This document shows, piece by piece, positions 39,324 to 47,585 of a stretch of DNA of 64,000 bases. Position numbers and translations under genes: made by a program. This DNA is from Pseudomonadota bacterium (GTDB lineage: Bacteria > Pseudomonadota > Gammaproteobacteria > Burkholderiales > Rhodocyclaceae): positions 811-64,810 of the forward strand of contig JAJZSW010000003.1 in the NCBI GenBank assembly GCA_021849505.1, written 5' to 3'. A model generated the notes under the pieces. That model worked only from the letters and a program-made list of their open reading frames with translations, searched no databases and was not told where the DNA came from. The stretch's first letter is position 1; every line of letters begins with the position of its first letter.

Positions 39324-40133
39324 ATGACTCACGCCACCGAAAACCGCATCGACACCGAGGCGCTCCTCGCGCGCATGCCGCTGTTCCAGGATCTGTCGCC
39401 CGAACGCATCCTCGCCCTGGCCGAGCACGCGCGCGGCAAGCGCCTGCCCAAGGGCGACATGCTGTTTCACAAGGGCGATCCCGCGCACGGTTTTTACGTG
39501 GTGGTGTATGGTCAGATCAAGCTGGCCTTCCCCTCCTGCAACGGCAACGAGAAAGTGGTCGACATCATCGACGCGCAGCAAAGCTTCGGCGAAGCCGTCA
39601 TGCTGGCCCAGCAGCCCTATCCGGTCTTTGCGCAGGCGCTCGCCGATTCGCTTCTGGTCTTCGTCACCCGCGAAGCCGTATTCGTGCTGCTGGAAAGCGA
39701 ACCGGCCTTCGCGCGCCGCATGCTGATCGGACTGGCACTGCACAACCACGCCCTGGTGCATGACATCGAGTCCTACACCCTGCGCACCAGCACCGAGCGG
39801 GTGATCTGCTATTTGCTGCATCAGTGTCCCGCTGGGTCCGCCGGCGGAGTCGAGATCGCCCTGCCCACCTCGAAGCAGATCGCCGCCTCGCGCCTCAACC
39901 TGACCCCGGAAACCCTGTCGCGCATCCTGCATGACCTCGCGGAAGCCGGACTGATCGACATCGACGGGCGGCGCATCGTCATTCACAGCATCGCGCAATT
40001 GCGCGACACCATCGCCGAATCCCCCTCCGAACAATCCTCCCCGGCCCGGCGTCCCGGCATCCGGATCCGCCCCGCCGAAAGCCAGTCGGCCAGGGAGACT
40101 GCTCGCGAGCCAGGCATCCAGGCTTCGTGGTAA
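39324..40133 (+). CDS. Crp/Fnr-family regulator, Dnr/NnrR-like (no Cys cluster), with a low-complexity C-terminal tail
   Basis: cNMP-like beta roll and the HTH TSKQIAASRLNLTPETLSRILHDL (E--SR motif). It has about 40 extra C-terminal residues rich in P/S/R/E. Confidence 0.85.
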   Translation: MTHATENRIDTEALLARMPLFQDLSPERILALAEHARGKRLPKGDMLFHKGDPAHGFYVVVYGQIKLAFPSCNGNEKVVDIIDAQQSFGEAVMLAQQPYPVFAQALADSLLVFVTREAVFVLLESEPAFARRMLIGLALHNHALVHDIESYTLRTSTERVICYLLHQCPAGSAGGVEIALPTSKQIAASRLNLTPETLSRILHDLAEAGLIDIDGRRIVIHSIAQLRDTIAESPSEQSSPARRPGIRIRPAESQSARETAREPGIQASW

Positions 40134-40142
40134 CGTGCTGGG

Positions 40143-40844
40143 ATGACGCAAGCTGCGAACGACACCCGTATCGACATCCCGGCTCTGCTGCTGCGCCTGC
40201 CGCTGTTTCACGCACTGACGCCCGAGCAGATTGCCCATGTATCCACGCATACGCGCAGCAAGCGGCTGCCCAAGGGGGAGATGCTGTTCCAGAAGGGCGA
40301 CATCGCCCACGGCTTTTACGTCATCGTCTTCGGCCAGGTCAAGCTGGCGTTTCCGTCCTCCAGCGGCAACGAAAAGGTCGTCGAGATCATCGGGCCGAAG
40401 CAGAGCTTCGGCGAGGCGGCGCTCTTCGCGCAACGCCCCTATCCGGTCTTCGCCCAGGCCATCGCCGACACGCTGCTGCTGCACATCGCGCGCGACGCGA
40501 TCTTCGAATTGCTCGAAACCGACATCTCCTTCGCCCGCCACATGCTGGCCGGCCTGGCGATGCGCATGCATGCGCTGATCCATGATGTCGAGTCCTACTC
40601 TTTGCGCTCCAGCGCGCAGCGCGTAATCGGCTACCTGCTCCAGCATTGTCCGACCGACAGTTGCGAAGGCAGCATCGAACTGACCCTGCCGACCTCCAAG
40701 CAGATCATCGCCTCGCGCCTCAACCTGACCCCGGAAACCCTGTCGCGCATCCTGCACGACCTGGCCGAGGCCAAGCTGATCGACATGCAGGGCAAGCGCA
40801 TCAGGATCGGTGATCTGCAACGCCTGCGCGAATACGATTTCTGA
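40143..40844 (+). CDS. Crp/Fnr-family regulator, Dnr/NnrR-like (tandem paralogue)
   Basis: Collinear with 39324-40133 and carries an almost identical recognition helix (TSKQIIASRLNLTPETLSRILHDL). Confidence 0.85.
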   Translation: MTQAANDTRIDIPALLLRLPLFHALTPEQIAHVSTHTRSKRLPKGEMLFQKGDIAHGFYVIVFGQVKLAFPSSSGNEKVVEIIGPKQSFGEAALFAQRPYPVFAQAIADTLLLHIARDAIFELLETDISFARHMLAGLAMRMHALIHDVESYSLRSSAQRVIGYLLQHCPTDSCEGSIELTLPTSKQIIASRLNLTPETLSRILHDLAEAKLIDMQGKRIRIGDLQRLREYDF

Positions 40845-42102
40845 AGCGCAGATAGACATTCACGGCGCCGAGCAGGTTCCAGCCCAGCCAGGCGCAGGAC
40901 ACCGCGAACAGCAGGCCGGCCGGCCGCGCCAGCACGGGCAGCCAGACCGCGGCGAGCAACAGGATCAAGGCGGCCAGGTGCAGTTGGAACTGCCGGCGCA
41001 TGGACCGTTCCGGAATCATCTGGTGCATCGTCGGCGGCAGGGCCTGCAGGCCGCATAGCTTCTGCAGATGCAGCCAGTTCAGGAAGGGCACGATCTTGTA
41101 GAGCATGCCGTTGATGGCCGAGACGAACACGCCGACGAGCGCCAGCATGCCGAGCCAGACGGCTGCGCGCGGGTCCAGCCGCAGATCCGGCAGCGCGAGG
41201 AAGGCCAGCACCGAAACGAATATCACGAGCAGGGCCAGCATGGCGGTGCGGAAAAACAGCAGCGTGGTGTCGCCGACTTTGCGCCGGCGCCGATGTTGCA
41301 GGTGCAGGGTTGTCGCCGCGAAGAGGCTGCTCACCCCAAGCCCGCCGACGAAGAACCCCTGCGTCCCGCTATTTTCCGCGATCGCGAATTGCACCGACCA
41401 GGCGACCAGTAGCCCAAGCAGCGCCAGCGGCAGGCCGCGCGCCAGCCAGGCCGGATAGGCGGGGGTCAGCTGGAACATCGGCACGACGAAGTAAGACACC
41501 CCAGCCAGCAGCACCAGCGCCCAGCCGCCCAGCCCCCAGGCGGCATGCAGGTCGGTGAGCGCCAGCAGAGGCCATTCGGCATTCCGCGCGATTCCCGTCG
41601 CCAGCGCGATGCCCAGAGCCAACGTCACCACTAGAGCAACCAGGGCGATGCGCAGCGCCACGATGGTCGGTCCGCGTGCAGGCGTGTGCCAGAGTGCCAC
41701 ACCAACGACTATGCCGAGCAGCCCGAGGGCCAGTGCAAACCCATGTGCTGCCCCGATAAAGAGCATCGGGCGCTGACTCAGAAAAGCAGTCGCCAGCAAT
41801 ATCGTCGCGACGATCAGGAGCGGATGCACGATGGTCGCCACGAGCCGCGGCCGCCAGATATTGCCTCCTGCCGCCACCGGCACGAACTGCAGCAGGGCAC
41901 CGCACATCGCCTGCAGCATGAAGCCGACGACCAGCAGGTGAGTGCCGGCCAAGGCCGCGGGGGTCCAGCGCGAGGCCAGCATGTCCCCGCCCGCGAGCGC
42001 CAGCAGCACGCCCGCCGCAATGCCGAACAAGGGGGCGGTCAGGAAGAACCTGAAGGGGACATCGATCGGCGGCGCCTGCTCGAAGGAAAGCTCAGGGTGC
42101 AT
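40801..42102 (-). CDS. nnrS: NnrS-family membrane protein
   Basis: 433-aa polytopic protein. The N-terminus (FRFFLTAPLFGIAAG...HLLVVGFMLQAMCGALLQFVP) is typical of NnrS. Confidence 0.8.
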   Translation of the reverse strand: MHPELSFEQAPPIDVPFRFFLTAPLFGIAAGVLLALAGGDMLASRWTPAALAGTHLLVVGFMLQAMCGALLQFVPVAAGGNIWRPRLVATIVHPLLIVATILLATAFLSQRPMLFIGAAHGFALALGLLGIVVGVALWHTPARGPTIVALRIALVALVVTLALGIALATGIARNAEWPLLALTDLHAAWGLGGWALVLLAGVSYFVVPMFQLTPAYPAWLARGLPLALLGLLVAWSVQFAIAENSGTQGFFVGGLGVSSLFAATTLHLQHRRRRKVGDTTLLFFRTAMLALLVIFVSVLAFLALPDLRLDPRAAVWLGMLALVGVFVSAINGMLYKIVPFLNWLHLQKLCGLQALPPTMHQMIPERSMRRQFQLHLAALILLLAAVWLPVLARPAGLLFAVSCAWLGWNLLGAVNVYLRFRNRIRAGVADHRS

Positions 42103-42122
42103 GCCGGGCGCCGCCCTGTCGC

Positions 42123-42362
42123 TCAGGCCCGGCGGATGCGGATCTCGTGGGTGCCATCCTCCAGCACGTCCTCGCGCCAGACGTAGCCGTTATTACGCAG
42201 GATGTTGAACAAGGGCACCGGATGGCAATACACCAGCAGCAGCAGCTCTGCGCCAGCTTGCAGCTGGTCGAGACCTTCGAGCGTCTTCTCCAGCGGTTCT
42301 GGCGGCTGCATTTCGCGCCCGTCGACCACCAGCTGCGGCGGCTTCAGCAGGTCGTCGGGCAT
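42123..42362 (-). CDS. DUF2249 domain protein
   Basis: Start at MPDDLLKPPQLVVDGREMQPPEPLEKTLEGL (SirA/TusA-like DUF2249 pattern). 79 aa. Confidence 0.75.
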   Translation of the reverse strand: MPDDLLKPPQLVVDGREMQPPEPLEKTLEGLDQLQAGAELLLLVYCHPVPLFNILRNNGYVWREDVLEDGTHEIRIRRA

Positions 42363-42805
42363 GCCGCGTCCAGCCTTTCGCGCAAGATGGGTCCGAGTGC
42401 CGAGGATTGGGCATCCAGCCCGCGGTCGCACATCGGATAGAGGATGTTCTCCTCTTTCATGTTGTGCTGCTGCATGAACACGAGCAGGGTTTCCGCAGCG
42501 CTCGCGAAATTCTCGGCGTCGCGCTCCGCCAGTGCCATGCTCATCTGGCCGAACAGTTCGCGCATCTGGGCGTGTTCGTGACGCATCATGCGCGTCGGTC
42601 CCATGGTCATGCCCGTGGCGGCTTCGAAGGCGGGGAACAGTGTCTCCTCCTCGGTGCGGAAATGGGCTTCCATCGCAGCCATGTAATCAATCAACAGACT
42701 CTGAGCGGTCGTCCAGTCACGGTCGACGACCGCCGCTTCTGCGGAAACGAAGAGTTCGTCGCAATGCTTGTGGTGTTCGCGCAGGGGTGCAGTCAGGGAG
42801 TTCAT
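42344..42805 (-). CDS. hemerythrin-domain protein
   Basis: Start at MNSLTAPLREHHKHCDELF. It has a HHE-type His/Glu pattern (HFRTEEETLFP, RHEHAQM, MKEENILYP). Confidence 0.8.
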   Translation of the reverse strand: MNSLTAPLREHHKHCDELFVSAEAAVVDRDWTTAQSLLIDYMAAMEAHFRTEEETLFPAFEAATGMTMGPTRMMRHEHAQMRELFGQMSMALAERDAENFASAAETLLVFMQQHNMKEENILYPMCDRGLDAQSSALGPILRERLDAACPTTC

Positions 42806-42860
42806 GTGGGGTGTGGGTTGTCCGAAGACGTCATTGTCTTCAGACGCGCCTCGCCCTGCC

Positions 42861-42874
42861 TTGACCCGCATCAA
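42861..42874. promoter_or_regulatory. FNR/Dnr box TTGAC-CCGC-ATCAA upstream of hemerythrin-DUF2249-nnrS
   Basis: The centre is 62 nt upstream of the ATG at 42805. A GACAAT hexamer lies at 42838-42833 on the minus strand, exactly at class II spacing. Confidence 0.65.
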
Positions 42875-42887
42875 ACCCCATGGTGCA

Positions 42888-43640
42888 TCAGCCCCTGATC
42901 ACGCCGACCTCGAGCCGGGCGAACCAGTCGATGAAGCGGCGCACCTGTTCGCCCCGGTAAATGGCGCCGTGCTGCGGGCACATCATCTCGATGTCGAGCT
43001 GGGCGACGCGGCTGCACCAGTCGTTCTTGGCCTTTTCCGACCCCATCCAGCGCCGGTGGAAACCCTCGGCATGGCGGATGTGACGATCGAAATCCTCGAC
43101 GAACAGGCCGTCTTCGCCCGGCGGCAGCAGTGCGGCCCCGACGTCGCCGGAAAACAGTATCTTCGCCTTGGGATCGTAGAGATGGAAATTGCCCGAGGAA
43201 TGGAGATAGTGGGCCGGAATCGCCTGCAGGCGCTGGTTGCCGACCGCGATATCGGCGCCGCCATCGGGAATCGCCACGAAGGTTTCCTTGTTGCCGCCGA
43301 AATGGGGCACGAAGCCTGCCCACAGCCAGCTGATGTGGCACTTGAGTTCGGGATTGAACTCGAGCCACAGCGAGAGCGAGGAGATGATGTCCGGATCCTG
43401 GTGGCTGGCGAAGATCTGCCGGATCTTGCGCGGATCGAATTCGGTCGACAGCGCCGAGAAAACGGCGGGGAAAATCTCGTTGCCGCCCGGATCGAGCAGG
43501 ATCGCGTCATTGTTGTCGATCACCAGATATTCGTTGGTATCGATCAGATAGTCGGGCCGGTTGGGATCGCGCACCAGGGCGATCCATTTGTGGCTGTCTT
43601 CCTCGAAGATGACGCGCGCGGTTTTCATGGACTCAGACAT
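42888..43640 (-). CDS. ODP-like di-iron protein (flavodiiron-type metallo-beta-lactamase fold, no flavodoxin domain)
   Basis: 250 aa with SHQDPD at the HxExDH position, SGDVG, and CPQHG. There are no C-terminal extra domains. The start overlaps the stop of the upstream MCP-like gene by 8 nt. Confidence 0.7.
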   Translation of the reverse strand: MSESMKTARVIFEEDSHKWIALVRDPNRPDYLIDTNEYLVIDNNDAILLDPGGNEIFPAVFSALSTEFDPRKIRQIFASHQDPDIISSLSLWLEFNPELKCHISWLWAGFVPHFGGNKETFVAIPDGGADIAVGNQRLQAIPAHYLHSSGNFHLYDPKAKILFSGDVGAALLPPGEDGLFVEDFDRHIRHAEGFHRRWMGSEKAKNDWCSRVAQLDIEMMCPQHGAIYRGEQVRRFIDWFARLEVGVIRG

Positions 43641-44238
43641 CCTGTTGCTTGGTCAGATTCTCGAGGGACCGCTGGATCGTGCCGATGGTGCGCTCGAAAT
43701 CGCTGGAGACCTGCATCAGCGCCGCCGCGAACGGGCCGCCATAGGCCGCCTCGATCTTGGCCGAGCGCGCCAGCACGCTGCCGAGTTCGACGAGCTGGGC
43801 GGTATCGGCAATCATCTGGTTCAGGCGGCGGTTCAGGGCGGCGATCTGTTCGCGGTGGCGCACGCTCGACGCCCCATGGCGGGTCCGCATGAACTCGTCG
43901 ATCAGCGTCAGGCCGCTGCCGCCCGACTCCTTGCGCGTACGCTCGAGAACACGGTTGACGCGCGCCTGCTTGACCAGCGCGGTCACCGTCGCCACGCTGC
44001 CATAGGTCATCTCGCGCAACAGGGCCATCTGCTTCTGGAGATCCATGGCGAAGCGCCGCAGTTCGTTGGACAGCACGCCGAATCCCAGCGCCGTCTGGCC
44101 GGCACGCTTGGCGAGAAAGATCGCGTTCATCGCCATCAGGTTGATCCTGGAAGCGGTGGCGACCACGCTCTTGATTTCCTCGTTGGTGCGCACGATGCGC
44201 CGCAACTCGACTCCGGAATCCTGGGTCACGGCCGCCAT
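43633..44238 (-). CDS. soluble sensor-less MCP signalling-domain protein
   Basis: 201 aa with no TM segment or HAMP. The hairpin-tip motif ASRINLMAMNAIFLAKRAGQTALGFGVLSNELRRFA aligns with the MCP consensus QTNLLALNAAIEAARAGExGRGFAVVAxEVRxLA. Confidence 0.75.
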   Translation of the reverse strand: MAAVTQDSGVELRRIVRTNEEIKSVVATASRINLMAMNAIFLAKRAGQTALGFGVLSNELRRFAMDLQKQMALLREMTYGSVATVTALVKQARVNRVLERTRKESGGSGLTLIDEFMRTRHGASSVRHREQIAALNRRLNQMIADTAQLVELGSVLARSAKIEAAYGGPFAAALMQVSSDFERTIGTIQRSLENLTKQQDV

Positions 44239-44253
44239 GTCCAGGCTGCGCTA

Positions 44254-45501
44254 TCAGCCTTGCGGCAGCGCGATCGCGTCGCCCTTGCTGTACCGATAGT
44301 CGTTGAAGATGTGTGCGGCGGTCAGCAACTGGTAGCTGCCGTCGGCCTCTGCGCGCGTCGTGTCCTTCAGCCGGTAGGTGTAATGGCCACAAGTCCAGAG
44401 ATCGAAATTGCGCATCTGCGTGCACAGGCAGGTCTTGTCCCAGACCCTGATCTTCTTCGCGCCGGGATGCGCGGCAACCTCGCGGTTGTAGGCATCGATG
44501 TACTGGCAATGGCCATTGGCGTCGAGCAGGTAACCGTAGGCCTCGCAGTTCGGACGAATGCCGTCGCCGATGGCCGGGCTGTTCTTCAGCATGCGCATCG
44601 GGTAGCCGGTGGGCGAAATGCCGTTGACCTCGATGTCGTCCTCGTTGGCCTTGAAGTACTCCTGCTTGATGTCGTCGGGCAGGCCGCACTCCTTCGCGAC
44701 AGTGAAGCGCGTCGCCACCTGTACTGCCGCCGCGCCATGTTCGAGGAAGAGCGCCGCATCGCCGCCGGTGAAGATGCCGCCGGCCGGGATCAGCGGAATG
44801 TCGAGCTTCTCTGTCCTGAGCCAGGCCTGGATTTCTGCGACGATGGTCGCCAGATCGTATTTCGCCCAGTCCATGCCGAAGCCGAGATGGCCGCCCGCGA
44901 GCGGACCTTCGATGACGATGTAGTCAGGCAGGCGATTGGTACGCGCGATTTTCTTGATGAAGAGCTGCAGTGCGCGCAGCGAGGAAACGATGATGCCGAG
45001 CTTGGCATCGCGGAAACGCGGGTGGTCTTCCATCAGCGCGAAGGAGCCGAGGTGCAGGCCGGCCGCCAGCGTGATGCCGTCGATGCCGGCGTCGAGCGCG
45101 GAACGCAGCCGCACGCGCAGCGTCTCCTTCGGCGCGTTCATCGTCAGCTTCTCCATGCAGTTGATGAGGATCAGCCCGTCTCCGCGCTTGCGCTCCATGG
45201 TATTGCGTACGTGCGCTTCGGTAGCTTCGGCGAGCAGAGCGAGGTCGAACTGGATGTCGGATTTGTCGGTGTTGGCGACGTTGTACTTGTAAAGCTTGAG
45301 CTTGTCCTTGACGTACTTCGTGTTGTAGCGCCGGTCGGACACCGTCGGCACCATCGCATCCGAGATGTGACCGACACCGCCCAGCCGGGCTGCCTCGAGG
45401 GCCAGATCGGCCGTCGAGATATCCACCCCCATGCCGCCGATGACGATGGGCACCAGTTCATGCTTGCCCAGGCGCAGGCGGAAATCATCCACGCATTTCA
45501 T
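44254..45501 (-). CDS. NPD/nitronate-monooxygenase-family FMN oxidoreductase with a Cys-rich C-terminal extension
   Basis: TIM-barrel motifs (VIGGMGVDIS, IEGPLAGGHLG, IPAGGI). The C-terminal roughly 110 aa has several Cys (CEAYGYLLDANGHC, CLCTQ, WTCGH). The start is taken at the first ATG (MKCVDDF) because the track start is a GTG. Confidence 0.75.
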   Translation of the reverse strand: MKCVDDFRLRLGKHELVPIVIGGMGVDISTADLALEAARLGGVGHISDAMVPTVSDRRYNTKYVKDKLKLYKYNVANTDKSDIQFDLALLAEATEAHVRNTMERKRGDGLILINCMEKLTMNAPKETLRVRLRSALDAGIDGITLAAGLHLGSFALMEDHPRFRDAKLGIIVSSLRALQLFIKKIARTNRLPDYIVIEGPLAGGHLGFGMDWAKYDLATIVAEIQAWLRTEKLDIPLIPAGGIFTGGDAALFLEHGAAAVQVATRFTVAKECGLPDDIKQEYFKANEDDIEVNGISPTGYPMRMLKNSPAIGDGIRPNCEAYGYLLDANGHCQYIDAYNREVAAHPGAKKIRVWDKTCLCTQMRNFDLWTCGHYTYRLKDTTRAEADGSYQLLTAAHIFNDYRYSKGDAIALPQG

Positions 45502-45589
45502 TATCGTTGTCCCAGCCACGCCCGAGGGCACGCCCCGCGCGCCGTTTCGTGGCCAAAGTTATAGGCTGCAATGATAGCCGATGCCGTTT

Positions 45590-45614
45590 GTGCCGTCTCG
45601 CCAGCGCCGACTTT
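45590..45614 (-). repeat. dispersed 25-mer, copy 11 (heads the 80-bp tandem array)
   Basis: The + strand reads GTGCCGTCTCGCCAGCGCCGACTTT. Confidence 0.9.
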
Positions 45615-45774
45615 GTTGGCCCCCCACGCTCGCAACCCCGGCTCGCTGCCCCCCGCAGGGGGGCGTCGGCTTGGGACGGCCCGGCGCCGACTTTGTTGCC
45701 CCCCCACGCTCGCAACCCCGGCTCGCTGCCCCCCACAGGGGGGCGTCGGCTTGGGACGGCCCGGCGCCGACTTT
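45604..45774. repeat. 80-bp tandem repeat, 2.1 copies
   Basis: Units 45604-45683 and 45684-45763 differ at 2 of 80 positions, and a third unit starts at 45764. Each unit has a C6/G6 hairpin (GCCCCCC-GCA-GGGGGGC) enclosed by GCCGAC...GTCGGC. Each begins with the GCGCCGACTTT end of the dispersed 25-mer. Confidence 0.9.
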
Positions 45775-45786
45775 CAATGCCTCGAC

Positions 45787-47520
45787 TCAGGGCTCCAGCA
45801 CATAGGTGCCGGGGGCGTCGCCGAGTGCCGGATAAGCCTTGTTGGCGATCGCACCGGGCTTGACCAGCTCGCCCGCCTGGGGCCGGAGCCAGGCGATCCA
45901 GTCTTCCCACCAGCTGCCGGGGCGGTGCTCCGCCCGCTCCTGCCAGCTGTCGGGGTTGTCGTGCCGCTCGGTGCCGGCAACCCAGTATTCGCGCTTGGGC
46001 GGATGCACCACCGGATTGACGATGCCGAGGATGTGTCCGGAACTCGACAGGACGAAGCGCTTCTGCCCCGAGGTGTAATTGTTGATGCGGAAAGCCTGTC
46101 GCCAGGGAGCGATATGGTCGTCCGCCGCCGTCACGGCATACAGCGGCTGGACGATCCGCGCCAGATCAATCGGCTGGCCGGCCACCTCCAGCGCATCCTT
46201 CCTGATCAGCTTGTTGTCGAGGTAGAGATTGCGCAGATACCACGCATGCATGCGTGCGGGCATGCGCGTCGTGTCCATGTTCCAGAACAGCACGTCGAAC
46301 GGCGGCGGTGTCTCGCCATAGAGATAGCCATGCACGACGTAATGCCAGATCAGGCTGTTCGAGCGCAGCAGGCGAAACGCGGCGGCCATTTCGTTGCCTT
46401 CGAGGAAACCCTTGCCCTGCATCTTGCGCACGAGGTAATGATAGCTGCCCTCGTCGAGGAAGACCTCGATGTCGCCCGGCTTGTGGAAATCGACCAGCGT
46501 GGTGAGGAAGGTGGCGCCGGCGACCGGTACCTCCTTCGGTGCATAGTGGCGGTTCGCCCAGGCGAGATAGGTCGCCAGTGCGGTGCCGCCGATGCAGTAG
46601 CCCACGGCATGCACTTTCGCGCTTTTCGAGATGCTGCGCACTGCAGCGACGGCTGCATCGATGCCTTCGGTCACGTAGTCGTCGAAGCCGACGTCGGCCA
46701 TGGCCGCATCGGGGTTCTTCCAGCTTGTGATGTAGACATCGAAGCCCTGGTCGAGCAGGTAGCGGATCATGCTCTTCTTCGGCACCAGGTCGAGGATGTA
46801 GAACTTATTGATCCACGGCGTGACGATCAGCAGGGGTTCGCGATGTACTTGCTCGACGGTCGGCTGGTAATGGATCAACTCTAGCAGCCGGTTGCGCAGC
46901 ACCACCTTGCCGGGCGTGGTGGCCAGATTACCCCCGACCTTGAAATCGTCAGGCCGGGTCATGCGGATGTTGCCGGCCTGCAGGTCGTCGAGGAAATTGC
47001 GCATGCCGCGGATCAGGCTTTCGCCGTTGCTTTCGGCCGCCTTGCGCATCGCCACCGGATTGGTCAGCAGGAAATTCGTCGGCGCCATGGCATTGAGCCA
47101 TTTGCGCCACCAGAACGCGGCCCGCCGCCGGTCCCGGCTGGCCAGGCCTGGCGTCTGGTACAGCATGTTCTGGACGTGGTGGGTAAGGGTCAGATACCAC
47201 TCCTTGGTCAGATCCCAGGTGGCGGATTCCTTCCAGACCGGATCGGCGAAGCGGGTATCGTCGGGATGCGGTTCTTCGACATCCTCGCCGGGCAGGCCCA
47301 GCATGCGCTGCCAGGAATACCACTGCAGTTCGAGCATGTGCGCGGAGAACTCGGCCGCCGCCTCGGCCAATTCCTGGGGATGCGTCAGCCATGCCCACTG
47401 GGCATTCACCATGGGCATGAACATCCCCAAGGGGTCCACGTTCGACTGCACGGTTTCGTGCGCCGCACGAAACATGCGCTGCGGGGTTACCGCGCTCGCC
47501 ATCATCCTGTTCGATGCCAT
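45787..47520 (-). CDS. phaC: class I poly(R)-hydroxyalkanoate synthase
   Basis: Start moved to MASNRMMASAVTPQ (ATG 47520, GGGAGAA Shine-Dalgarno). It has the lipase-box variant GYCIGG and PhaC N-terminal and alpha/beta-hydrolase regions. 577 aa. Confidence 0.9.
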   Translation of the reverse strand: MASNRMMASAVTPQRMFRAAHETVQSNVDPLGMFMPMVNAQWAWLTHPQELAEAAAEFSAHMLELQWYSWQRMLGLPGEDVEEPHPDDTRFADPVWKESATWDLTKEWYLTLTHHVQNMLYQTPGLASRDRRRAAFWWRKWLNAMAPTNFLLTNPVAMRKAAESNGESLIRGMRNFLDDLQAGNIRMTRPDDFKVGGNLATTPGKVVLRNRLLELIHYQPTVEQVHREPLLIVTPWINKFYILDLVPKKSMIRYLLDQGFDVYITSWKNPDAAMADVGFDDYVTEGIDAAVAAVRSISKSAKVHAVGYCIGGTALATYLAWANRHYAPKEVPVAGATFLTTLVDFHKPGDIEVFLDEGSYHYLVRKMQGKGFLEGNEMAAAFRLLRSNSLIWHYVVHGYLYGETPPPFDVLFWNMDTTRMPARMHAWYLRNLYLDNKLIRKDALEVAGQPIDLARIVQPLYAVTAADDHIAPWRQAFRINNYTSGQKRFVLSSSGHILGIVNPVVHPPKREYWVAGTERHDNPDSWQERAEHRPGSWWEDWIAWLRPQAGELVKPGAIANKAYPALGDAPGTYVLEP

Positions 47521-47571
47521 GTCATGTTCTCCCAATGCGCTATGATTGTGAAGGGATCCTTGGAATGCATG

Positions 47572-47585
47572 TTGATATGCGTCAA
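47572..47585. promoter_or_regulatory. FNR box TTGAT-ATGC-GTCAA between phaC and the usp gene
   Basis: The centre is 58 nt upstream of the phaC ATG, and CACAAT lies at 47550-47545 on the minus strand at class II spacing. Toward the usp gene, the class II -10 position falls on the Shine-Dalgarno sequence. Confidence 0.6.

Noticed and set aside
45604-45774. Possible CRISPR array, because of regular repeats with hairpin potential.
   Set aside because: The repeats are directly tandem with an 80-bp period and no unique spacers. There are only about 2 copies, and no cas genes are nearby.
47572-47585. Assigning this FNR box to the usp gene as a class II promoter.
   Set aside because: The box centre is only 42 nt from the usp ATG. 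The -10 would then fall on the ribosome-binding site and the mRNA would be leaderless. The geometry fits phaC much better. A different promoter class for usp is not excluded.
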